IMG/VR virus record: IMGVR_UViG_3300047374_000251
DNA from: a virus
Reading direction: 5' to 3' (one strand)
Length of the DNA stretch: 57,667 nt
In this document: positions 37,918 through 44,967 of the stretch, one piece after another
Numbering within the stretch: position 1 is the stretch's first letter
Layout of the letters: the number at the start of each line of letters is the position of its first letter
Notes under the pieces: generated by a model
The model's input: only the letters and a program-made list of their open reading frames with translations
What the model was told of the DNA's origin: nothing
Databases searched by the model: none
Made by a program: the position numbers and the translations under genes

Positions 37918-38294
37918 GTAACAAACCATTAAACATCGGAGACGAGGCAAGAGTACAGATGCCGATGAAGACGGTAGCTAGCCTGATCGTGCTCGTCGCA
38001 ATGGGCGTGTTCGCTTATACGGAGCTGACTGCGAGGTTGGTATCGTTAGAGACATCGCGTGAGTTGTTTGAGAATGATTTGTTAAAGAAGTCAGAACAAG
38101 TGCCCACGGACCAGGAGCAACATTTTTTAATCGAAGATCTTTACAAGTCTGTTGAGAAAATGGAACAGACTCAAGAGATGAACATGACTAACAAAGTTAA
38201 TATAGAATTTTTAAGAGAACAATTAGATAAAGCACTAGCTGATATTGAAGTGTTAAAAGATAAGGTAAGACAAAATGGCAACGGGACGTATTAG
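37914..38294 (+). CDS. Membrane-anchored coiled-coil protein (holin/spanin candidate)
   Basis: Transmembrane segment VASLIVLVAMGVFAYTELTA followed by a coiled coil. Lies upstream of the endolysin. The 5' part is unusually GC-rich. Confidence 0.45.
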   Translation: MSNKPLNIGDEARVQMPMKTVASLIVLVAMGVFAYTELTARLVSLETSRELFENDLLKKSEQVPTDQEQHFLIEDLYKSVEKMEQTQEMNMTNKVNIEFLREQLDKALADIEVLKDKVRQNGNGTY

Positions 38295-38445
38295 TAGAAA
38301 AGTTTTAGATCACATCGCACAGATAAATAAAGAGAATAAAGCTGCAAGTCTTGCTAAAGAATTAAAAAAAGAAGTAGAAACTGGCAAGCATGGTACACAA
38401 AAGTACGTGATCAAGCAAGGTGAAAACAAAGGTAAGATTTTATGA
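38275..38445 (+). CDS. Small basic hypothetical protein (56 aa, not in the ORF track)
   Basis: An ORF bridging 38294 to 38442 with an ATGA junction to the next gene. Confidence 0.3.
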   Translation: MATGRISRKVLDHIAQINKENKAASLAKELKKEVETGKHGTQKYVIKQGENKGKIL

Positions 38446-38654
38446 CAGAGTTGGTGGTAGCACTTCTTATGATTATTAACGGAGAAATTAAAGAAGCACG
38501 TATACAAGAGTCTATGTCTAACTGTTTGAAGGGCAAACGTGTCGCAAAACGTGAAGCTAAATCACATGTAAAATATCAATGTATAAAATCTATGGCTGAA
38601 TTAGAAAAAAATATAGATGGATCTTCATCCATTAAAAAGTTAATATTAGAGTAA
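38442..38654 (+). CDS. Small protein with a hydrophobic N-terminus (holin/anchor candidate)
   Basis: MTELVVALLMIINGEI. Immediately precedes the endolysin with a TAATG junction. Confidence 0.4.
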   Translation: MTELVVALLMIINGEIKEARIQESMSNCLKGKRVAKREAKSHVKYQCIKSMAELEKNIDGSSSIKKLILE

Positions 38655-39130
38655 TGAAACTTACACGAAATTTTTCTCTTCAGGAATTAACCAAGTCAGA
38701 TACAGCCATACGTAAGGGTATCGATAACGAACCTAACGCTGATCAGATAGATAAATTAAAAGCACTATGTGAAAATATTTTACAGCCCGTACGTGACCAA
38801 TTTGGTAGAGTAAAGGTGACTAGCGGGTATCGTAGCCCTGAGCTGTGTGTTGCCATAGGATCTAGTTTGTCCAGTCAACATTCAAAAGCTGAGGCGGTTG
38901 ATTTCGAATGTATGGGAATTGATAACGCTGAGGTAGCAGACTGGGTTAAAATGAATTGTGAGGTAGATCAATTGATCCTCGAATACTACACGCCTGGCGA
39001 ACCTAACTCCGGATGGATCCACGCAAGTTACATACCATTCAATCCTAGACATCAATATCTAAGAGCATACAAAGAAGATGGTAGAACAAAGTATAAACCA
39101 ATAATAGGAAAAGCAGTTGACCTTGTCTAA
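38654..39130 (+). CDS. Peptidase M15 (Peptidase_M15_3/VanY-like) cell-wall hydrolase, endolysin
   Basis: Motifs NFSLQELTKSDTAIRKGIDNEP, SGYRSPELC, SQHSKAEAVDF (H..D zinc ligands) and GWIHASY. Confidence 0.85.
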   Translation: MKLTRNFSLQELTKSDTAIRKGIDNEPNADQIDKLKALCENILQPVRDQFGRVKVTSGYRSPELCVAIGSSLSSQHSKAEAVDFECMGIDNAEVADWVKMNCEVDQLILEYYTPGEPNSGWIHASYIPFNPRHQYLRAYKEDGRTKYKPIIGKAVDLV

Positions 39131-39332
39131 TAAATTTAAAACATTTACTAACATAGATACAGTGCATGGTATTTGTGAAGAGTGTCAAGAAGATACAATT
39201 TTAGTTGCCATTGTATCAGAGTTTTATAGATGTACTAATTGTGGGTCCGATACTAGACAACACATTAATGGTAGAATAAGATATATAAAGTTAAGTGAAA
39301 GCGATAAAAAATTTATAAAGGATCATGGCTAA
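39117..39332 (+). CDS. Zinc-ribbon protein
   Basis: CEECQ..(19)..CTNCG. Confidence 0.45.
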   Translation: MTLSNKFKTFTNIDTVHGICEECQEDTILVAIVSEFYRCTNCGSDTRQHINGRIRYIKLSESDKKFIKDHG

Positions 39333-39459
39333 ACAAAAATTTACTCACTTCATTCCTAGAGACAAGCCTAAAAAACGTGGGCCTCGCCAACACAAGAAAA
39401 ATTTAAATAAAAGCGAACGTCGTCAAAAAAAACAAACACGTTACAAAGGACAAGGTTAG
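39325..39459 (+). CDS. Small highly basic protein (44 aa, not in the ORF track)
   Basis: MAKQKFTHFIPRDKPKKRGPRQHKKNLNKSERRQKKQTRYKGQG. Overlaps the upstream gene by 8 nt. Confidence 0.3.
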   Translation: MAKQKFTHFIPRDKPKKRGPRQHKKNLNKSERRQKKQTRYKGQG

Positions 39460-39701
39460 GCTTCTGTTTTACCTTCGTCTATATTTTCAATAGGTGTGCA
39501 TTTATACTGTGGATACAATTGTTCTTGAATTATAATTTCTCTAGTAAAAATACTGTCTGAACCATATAATATATCATAAGCCTCACCTAACCCATCATGA
39601 ACACAATCATAATAATCTGGTTTAATAGCAGGATATTGTGGTGGAGTTCTACATTCTCCAATAACCGCAGAACAAATATAAACAACTAATAAAAATTTCA
39701 T
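39456..39701 (-). CDS. Secreted small cysteine-containing protein (signal peptide)
   Basis: MKFLLVVYICSAVIG signal-like N-terminus. Isolated minus-strand gene, AAGGG RBS. Confidence 0.5.
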   Translation of the reverse strand: MKFLLVVYICSAVIGECRTPPQYPAIKPDYYDCVHDGLGEAYDILYGSDSIFTREIIIQEQLYPQYKCTPIENIDEGKTEA

Positions 39702-39708
39702 ACTACCC

Positions 39709-39748
39709 TTGACATAAAGAAGAATATTTTGTAGGATATCCTTATATT
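39709..39748. promoter_or_regulatory. Divergent promoter/operator with a perfect palindrome AGGATATCCT
   Basis: TTGACA at 39709-39714, 17-nt spacer, TAGGAT at 39732-39737. The palindrome at 39733-39742 sits between the secreted-protein gene and the RHH gene. Confidence 0.45.
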
Positions 39749-39770
39749 AAAAAATGAAAGGATATAACAG

Positions 39771-39944
39771 ATGACTGATTTTAGCAAATACAAAAACATC
39801 TCTATAAAAAAAGAGACGTATGCGAAAATTGACAAAATTAGAAAAGTGTTAGTACCTGATGATCCCGAAGTATCGAGAGCGCAGGTGGTAACTATTCTAG
39901 TAAACAAAGAAGCCAAACGTTTAAATGGCAAACTTAAAGACTAA
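39771..39944 (+). CDS. Ribbon-helix-helix (Arc/MetJ/CopG-like) DNA-binding protein (57 aa, not in the ORF track)
   Basis: ISIKKETYAKIDKIRKVL..SRAQVVTILVNKEAKRL fits a strand-helix-helix layout, with a GAAAGGA RBS. The track's minus-strand ORF 39698-39931 on the opposite strand looks spurious. Confidence 0.5.
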   Translation: MTDFSKYKNISIKKETYAKIDKIRKVLVPDDPEVSRAQVVTILVNKEAKRLNGKLKD

Positions 39945-39961
39945 CCAATAAAGGAGAAAGT

Positions 39962-40192
39962 ATGAAATATACCGTAGTAAAAAGAATACACTTCTCACAT
40001 GCAAATGACTATGTGACAGTGATTAAAGAAGCAGATACATTTGAAGACGCTATGAAGTTTAAAGTAGCAGCTGAAATGTTAGAATCAAAAGAGTCAGAAA
40101 ATGTTATTCAAATTTTGATTAACACTGATGATGCTTTTGACTTTACACAAAAGCCTTTAATGTCAACGGATGAAGTTAAACAAGCTTCATGA
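39962..40192 (+). CDS. Hypothetical acidic protein
   Basis: 76-aa ORF with an AAGGAG RBS. Confidence 0.5.
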   Translation: MKYTVVKRIHFSHANDYVTVIKEADTFEDAMKFKVAAEMLESKESENVIQILINTDDAFDFTQKPLMSTDEVKQAS

Positions 40193-40374
40193 TGACGGAA
40201 CTTAGAGACGAACATTTGGAGGTTATAAGTCGAAATAAAGCTATAGCTTATGATAAGGAGAATAGTAATAAACTTATCAAGGCTCAAGAGATTTATAACC
40301 GAACTAATGGTTTACAAAATATTTCGGAGCATGAACTCAAAAAATTTAATGAGTTGATGAAATATAAATTATGA
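40189..40374 (+). CDS. Hypothetical protein
   Basis: 61-aa ORF, ATGA-coupled. Confidence 0.45.
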   Translation: MMTELRDEHLEVISRNKAIAYDKENSNKLIKAQEIYNRTNGLQNISEHELKKFNELMKYKL

Positions 40375-40589
40375 TGTCTGAAGAAGACATTATTGAATAC
40401 AATAAACTAACTGAACAGTTAGAGTTATTAAAAAGAAAAAGGGTCCCGACAGATGATCGGGGCCCTTTGGATCTTACGAAACAAATAGAAGTTCTAGAAT
40501 TTAGGAACGAGAAACTACACAACTATAACCAAAAATTAATCGAAGAAATAAGATCGCTTCGATCTAAATTATATGTGAAAGGAAATTAA
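40371..40589 (+). CDS. Hypothetical coiled-coil protein
   Basis: 72-aa ORF, ATGA-coupled. Confidence 0.45.
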   Translation: MMSEEDIIEYNKLTEQLELLKRKRVPTDDRGPLDLTKQIEVLEFRNEKLHNYNQKLIEEIRSLRSKLYVKGN

Positions 40590-41251
40590 TGATTAAGGGA
40601 GACAGTAAAGATTATAATCTACTTGCTAAGTGGGCAGATCAATTAAGTCCAAAAGATTTTTATTTAACTGTAGAGATTGGTGTTCGTGAGGGTTATGGTT
40701 CTCACGTCATTATGGAGAATCTTAAAAATAAAAATCATTTTCACATAGGTATAGATCCGTATGGAGATATTACGTACGAACATTTAGATCCTCAACCAGG
40801 CATAGCCCACAGATGGACAGACTTTAATGGTGATATTTTGTACAACGAAGATGGTTCATTTAAAAGTCCAACGTACCCTAACTCTATGAAACAAACTTTC
40901 TTAACTGCTTTTAACAAACACGAAAATTTTATTTTATATCAGCTGGAAGACATTGAATACTTTAATGCGTTTGGCCAAGGTGTACCTATCTATTACAAAG
41001 GTCAAAAAAAGATTATTAATAATTATGACTTCGTACACTTCGATGGTCCACACACTACCGCTGCAGTATTACATGAAGCTTTATTTTTTGCTAATCGTTC
41101 TAATCCTGGAACTAGATTTGTATTTGATGATGTAGGTACTTACGACATAGATTCAATTCAACAAGCGTTAACACATTATGATTTTTATTTAATGGAACGA
41201 GGTGAAAATAAAATATGTTTAGAAAGGTCTAATGGCTTACAAAAATCCTAA
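40589..41251 (+). CDS. Class I SAM-dependent methyltransferase-like protein
   Basis: VEIGVREGYGS (motif I-like) and FVHFDGPH (Methyltransf_24-like D..H). Confidence 0.55.
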   Translation: MIKGDSKDYNLLAKWADQLSPKDFYLTVEIGVREGYGSHVIMENLKNKNHFHIGIDPYGDITYEHLDPQPGIAHRWTDFNGDILYNEDGSFKSPTYPNSMKQTFLTAFNKHENFILYQLEDIEYFNAFGQGVPIYYKGQKKIINNYDFVHFDGPHTTAAVLHEALFFANRSNPGTRFVFDDVGTYDIDSIQQALTHYDFYLMERGENKICLERSNGLQKS

Positions 41252-41729
41252 TGACCCCGAAGTATTAAAGAAAAGAGCAGAGATAGACTTTGCATACATG
41301 AACACGGAACGTGGATTTGTAATGTCCTGTATCTCAAGAAAGTTTAAACCAAGTGCAGAAAGATATGGTGGCCACAAAGCACATGAGTCTATGGACAAGA
41401 AAGAGTTTTGGAGATTGTACATGAACCATATTATTTTTATGAAAGAAAAATTTCCAAACTCGGATGGTAGACTTTGTAGATATTGTGAGCAGCCATTTAC
41501 ATTTGAAACTAAAATGGGAACTAGGGGTAAAGGAAAACCTAGTCGTCGTTCAACACAAAATCATACTAATTTTAGTATTGATAGATACGATCCAAGAATT
41601 ACTTATCAAAGTAATAACATTATTTTTTGTTGTTTTGGTTGTAATGATAGAAAACATAACAGTAACCCGGATGACTGGGAAAATTATTTAAGAATTGGAA
41701 AGGAATTAAAAAATGATAAAGATAAATAA
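41232..41729 (+). CDS. HNH/His-Me finger endonuclease-like protein
   Basis: CRYCEQ .. NFSIDRYDP .. NNIIFCCFGCNDRKHN. Confidence 0.55.
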   Translation: MAYKNPNDPEVLKKRAEIDFAYMNTERGFVMSCISRKFKPSAERYGGHKAHESMDKKEFWRLYMNHIIFMKEKFPNSDGRLCRYCEQPFTFETKMGTRGKGKPSRRSTQNHTNFSIDRYDPRITYQSNNIIFCCFGCNDRKHNSNPDDWENYLRIGKELKNDKDK

Positions 41730-42429
41730 AAGATTTTACTACCCAACATCGACTCGGAAAATAATTGATGGTAAAAGACATTACCTGGTAGGGGAAGAAA
41801 AATTACCTAGTGTAACTTCTATATTAAAAGCCTGCGAGAGTGATGAGAAGAAAGCTTCGCTCGACTCCTGGCGAAATAGAGTGGGAGAAGCTGAGGCTAA
41901 AAAAATTACTGAGACTGCTGCAGCGAGAGGGACCCTTATGCACTCGGTTCTTGAAGGATATATGTTAGATAAACCGGTCGTGGATCTAACGCCCGAAGGA
42001 AGACATGCTACGAAGATGGCACAAATAATCGCGGACCAGGGATTAAAAGGTAGACTCGAAGAGTTGTGGGCTACTGAGTGTGTTTTATTTTATCCGGAGA
42101 TGTACGCAGGTGCAACCGATGGTGTTGGAATGTACGAGGGTAAAGAGGCCATCATAGATTTTAAGCAAACAAATAAACCGAAACGAAAAGAATGGATCGA
42201 GGACTACTACCTTCAACTTGCAGGATATGCAATTGCTCACAACCAAATATATGGCACCAATATCCAGTTTGGAATCATTCTAATGTGCAGTAAAGATTTA
42301 TTATTTCAAGAGTTTCCCGTAGAAGGCGAAGAATTCAGACATTATGCGAACGAATGGTGGAAAAAAGTAGCACAATACTACAAGCAGAAAAAAGAATTTC
42401 AAGAAGTGGTTGACAGATCCGGGATGTGA
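41713..42429 (+). CDS. PD-(D/E)XK (RecB/Cas4-like) exonuclease
   Basis: Motifs LPSVTSIL, GTLMHSVLE, GATDGVG, AIIDFKQ and YYLQLAGYA (QxxxY). Confidence 0.7.
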   Translation: MIKINKRFYYPTSTRKIIDGKRHYLVGEEKLPSVTSILKACESDEKKASLDSWRNRVGEAEAKKITETAAARGTLMHSVLEGYMLDKPVVDLTPEGRHATKMAQIIADQGLKGRLEELWATECVLFYPEMYAGATDGVGMYEGKEAIIDFKQTNKPKRKEWIEDYYLQLAGYAIAHNQIYGTNIQFGIILMCSKDLLFQEFPVEGEEFRHYANEWWKKVAQYYKQKKEFQEVVDRSGM

Positions 42430-42444
42430 TGTTATATAGGATAT
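42410..42444 (+). promoter_or_regulatory. Sigma70-type promoter: TTGACA, 17-nt spacer, TATATA, overlapping TAGGATAT
   Basis: TTGACA at 42410-42415, TATATA at 42433-42438, TAGGATAT at 42437-42444, then a GAAAGGAATA leader at 42450-42459. Confidence 0.5.
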
Positions 42445-42462
42445 TATATGAAAGGAATAAAT

Positions 42463-42654
42463 ATGAAAAACGCTCTTGATTTACTGGAAACATTTACCGA
42501 ATATGAATGGGAAAGAGCCAAAAAAGAAATGGCCAAACGAATACCATCCATGAATATAAATGAGATGTCTATGGATGAGTTCAAGGTATTGACTAAATAC
42601 TTAGCTAGTCCAGACTTTGAAAACATAGATGACTACAGAAGGAGGCTGCACTAA
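42463..42654 (+). CDS. Hypothetical protein
   Basis: The ORF track starts at 42448, but that ATG lies inside the conserved GAAAGGAATA leader. The second ATG at 42463 is preferred. Confidence 0.45.
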   Translation: MKNALDLLETFTEYEWERAKKEMAKRIPSMNINEMSMDEFKVLTKYLASPDFENIDDYRRRLH

Positions 42655-42839
42655 TGAAAAAAGAAAAATGGGATGGCCAATCAAGGCCATCCAACGATTT
42701 GTACCGAAAAAATTTTGATGAAATATTTAGTAACAAAGATCTAAAGGGAACTACACTTTGTAAAGCAAAGAATTGTAACAACCATCTGTACAAAAATGAA
42801 AGCCCTAGTTTAAAGGGTTATTGCATGGATTGTGGCTAA
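42654..42839 (+). CDS. Small Cys-containing (zinc-ribbon-like) protein
   Basis: CKAKNC..(19)..CMDCG. Confidence 0.45.
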   Translation: MKKEKWDGQSRPSNDLYRKNFDEIFSNKDLKGTTLCKAKNCNNHLYKNESPSLKGYCMDCG

Positions 42840-42848
42840 AAAGCCACA
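42831..42848 (+). terminator. Hairpin TGTGGCT-aaaa-AGCCACA overlapping the stop codon
   Basis: 7-bp stem followed by ATTTGTTGTATATTT. Confidence 0.4.
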
Positions 42849-42849
42849 A

Positions 42850-43162
42850 TTTGTTGTATATTTGCAACACTTATGGCAAGAATAAGGCGAGTTTTTGCCT
42901 ATAGACTTTTTTTGCCAGAAAAATTTTTTTATTTTTTTTTTTTTCAAAACCCTGTTACAATGCCTACAATCGTTTTTAAAATGCTATTATTAGCATATAT
43001 CAACACTTATAGACGATATTTTTGTAACAAAACGCTGTTACAATGGTGTTACAGCTGTTACAATTTACAATAATTGGCTTATACCAACACTTTTAGCAAA
43101 CCCGTACGCGCGCGTAAGAAAAAGTTTTTGGAAAAAAATGTGCCTAGAGAAAAAACCTATAG
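42850..43162. repeat. Iteron and poly-T intergenic region (candidate replication origin)
   Basis: CTGTTACAAT at 42952, 43035 and 43055; inverted TTGTAACA at 43022; GTGTTACAG at 43045. CAACACTT(A/T)T at 42865, 43001 and 43085. A 21-nt T-rich run at 42924-42944. TACGCGCGCGTA palindrome at 43105-43116. Confidence 0.4.
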
Positions 43163-43177
43163 GTGCTATACAGGGAT

Positions 43178-43462
43178 ATGATCAAGAAAAAATCCAAATA
43201 TAAATCAGTCCTTATAAATAAAAAAAGATATTACTTTTACAAAATTACCTGGTTGGATATTTTGGGTGACGCGGGGCATGCTGATATCAATGAGTTCAAT
43301 GAGATGAAGCCTGCAGAAATGATAACTCATGCGTATATATTTTCAAAAGATAAAAAGAATCTTAAAACTTTTGCATCTTATGATAGCCACTTCGAGTCTT
43401 TTTCGGATCGTAATGTATTTCCAACAGGCTGCATAAAAAAACTAGAAAAAATTAATCTTTAG
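43178..43462 (+). CDS. Hypothetical protein
   Basis: The track ORF starts at a GTG at 43163. The first ATG is at 43178. Confidence 0.45.
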   Translation: MIKKKSKYKSVLINKKRYYFYKITWLDILGDAGHADINEFNEMKPAEMITHAYIFSKDKKNLKTFASYDSHFESFSDRNVFPTGCIKKLEKINL

Positions 43463-43931
43463 TCTCTTCAATCACTTCTGCATCAGCATCAATAATAGGT
43501 TTAAAGTTTTTTAATGCTTTTTCTAGTTCTTTGTCTAACTCTGATTCGTCAACATTATCTAAATTTTTATGTAGATGTAGATTAGTATTATTTTGAAATC
43601 CTGCAGCTTTACCTCTAGCTATTTCCATATTACCTGCAGCACTCCAGGCTTTACTCTCCCTAGCTTCATCTCTAATTTTACCTAGTTCCGCCAGGTGTTT
43701 TTCATAAGTGATGTCATATTTTTTTAATTTTTCTGCTCTGAGTTTTCCAATGTATTGAGCAACTAATGGATACAGAGATGGGTTTTGTAATTTGCTAGCG
43801 GATACATAAGCTGAGTTTGGATCGTAACCTGCTTCAATAGCACATTCAGAATCAGTTTTTCGACCTTCTTCTGTTACTATTAGATTTGCAAATTTAATTT
43901 GTTTCTCTGTAAGTCTTTTTGGAACTCCCAT
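43452..43931 (-). CDS. terS: Terminase small subunit-like HTH protein (Terminase_2-like)
   Basis: LTEKQIKFANLIV..SECAIEAGYDPNSAYVSASKLQNPSL..YI matches the N-terminal pattern of the Terminase_2 family. Confidence 0.55.
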   Translation of the reverse strand: MGVPKRLTEKQIKFANLIVTEEGRKTDSECAIEAGYDPNSAYVSASKLQNPSLYPLVAQYIGKLRAEKLKKYDITYEKHLAELGKIRDEARESKAWSAAGNMEIARGKAAGFQNNTNLHLHKNLDNVDESELDKELEKALKNFKPIIDADAEVIEETKD

Positions 43932-43969
43932 GCTTGCAATATAAATTATTTTTGGTATATGTTCAAGTG

Positions 43970-44197
43970 ATGGTATCAGGAAAGCTATTAAGACAGGCCC
44001 TAGAGAAGTTTATGAAATCGCCAGTAGCACAAGAGGCAAGAGTACAGGTGTGTTTACCCGACGGAAAATATTACGACATCAAGGACATTAAATTAATGGA
44101 AAACAAAATACTTGGCGTGCGTGAGACTCATAGATTGGTGATGACTTTGTATTCCTCAAAATGGAATATGGGGGAAGTAATTAAAAAAATTGATTAG
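43970..44197 (+). CDS. Hypothetical protein
   Basis: The track ORF starts at a TTG at 43919, overlapping the divergent gene. The ATG at 43970 is preferred. Confidence 0.4.
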   Translation: MVSGKLLRQALEKFMKSPVAQEARVQVCLPDGKYYDIKDIKLMENKILGVRETHRLVMTLYSSKWNMGEVIKKID

Positions 44198-44225
44198 CCA
44201 GAAAGCAACTCACTTAGCCTAAAAA

Positions 44226-44597
44226 ATGATTAAGGGAGAGACTAAATTTTGGCATGAAATTAAGGCGTTCAATATTAAAAATAATTGCGAATTATCATTT
44301 ACACGCTTGGAAAATAGTGCTGCACACGGTACTCCTGATCTATTGGTTTACAATACTTCTGGTCACTTTTTCACTATAGAATTAAAACTAAATTTGGCTA
44401 AAAAAATTCGGTTTTCTCCACACCAAATTGGCTTCCATATCAAGCATCCGCACAACAGTTTCATCATGGCCAAGGGCCTCTGTCAGACAGACATAAAACT
44501 TTATGAAGGGTCCAAGATCCGTGATCTTGTAGCCGGTTCTGCCGAACCGTGTGCCACGGGCATGATGTCAAGCTTTAAATTTCTACAAAAGGTTTAG
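44226..44597 (+). CDS. PD-(D/E)XK nuclease, VRR-NUC-like
   Basis: AAHGTPDLLVY..GHFFTIELKLN provides the D...E-x-K signature. Confidence 0.5.
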   Translation: MIKGETKFWHEIKAFNIKNNCELSFTRLENSAAHGTPDLLVYNTSGHFFTIELKLNLAKKIRFSPHQIGFHIKHPHNSFIMAKGLCQTDIKLYEGSKIRDLVAGSAEPCATGMMSSFKFLQKV

Positions 44598-44647
44598 CGT
44601 CCTACATATTATAGGACTAAAGTCAACGGACAAAGTGTCGCGGCCCC

Positions 44648-44689
44648 AGAGAAGAGCTTGTGGGCGGGACCCACCCTTTTTATTTTTTG
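44648..44689 (+). terminator. Copy A of the 29-nt GC stem-loop element, followed by a T-run (intrinsic terminator-like)
   Basis: AGAGAAGAGCTTGTGGGCGGGACCCACCC, then TTTTTATTTTTTG. Lies 51 nt after the stop of 44226-44597. Confidence 0.55.
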
Positions 44690-44703
44690 TTTCACGTGAA
44701 ACA
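44688..44703. promoter_or_regulatory. Perfect 16-bp palindrome TGTTTCACGTGAAACA
   Basis: Read directly. It lies between the two tandem terminator-like copies. Confidence 0.4.
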
Positions 44704-44753
44704 TGCGCCTGCGACCTGTGGCCTGTGGCCTCGGCTTGCGGACTGTGGTGCGT

Positions 44754-44787
44754 GCTTGTGGGCGGGACCCACCCTTATTTTTTATTT
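44754..44787 (+). terminator. Partial copy A' (21 nt identical to 44656-44676), followed by a T-run
   Basis: GCTTGTGGGCGGGACCCACCC, then TTATTTTTTATTT. Confidence 0.5.
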
Positions 44788-44871
44788 CTGCTTGAGGTCT
44801 TTGCAGGTAGGGAACTAGCACCTGCTACTAGCGGGCCGTTTGTATAATAGGCGCGCCCGTGACCTTGCTTG

Positions 44872-44897
44872 AGGGCTGGTGGAATACTACCAGCCCT
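44872..44897. other. Hairpin AGGGCTGGT-ggaatact-ACCAGCCCT
   Basis: 9-bp perfect stem with no flanking U-run on either strand. Lies 71 nt below the stop of the minus-strand gene 44968-45567. Confidence 0.35.
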
Positions 44898-44967
44898 CTG
44901 TTCAGTTACTGATTGAGTCTTCTCAATCCTTCTAACACTCGAGGCGTTAGCAGCCCTGAATTCTTTT

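Noticed and set aside
39698-39931. Minus-strand ORF 39698-39931
   Set aside because: It would read through the divergent promoter and gives a hydrophobic nonsense-like translation. The plus-strand RHH ORF 39771-39944 has an RBS and a recognisable fold pattern.
42873-43073. ORF 42873-43073 (+) in the iteron and poly-T region
   Set aside because: There is no RBS. The translation runs through a poly-T tract (FFFF) and through the repeat copies. The region looks regulatory or origin-like, not coding.
44598-44967. Whether this is an attP site or tRNA fragment, implying a temperate lifestyle
   Set aside because: There is no integrase, excisionase or CI-like repressor in the genome. I saw no tRNA-like T-arm or anticodon-arm sequence in the region.
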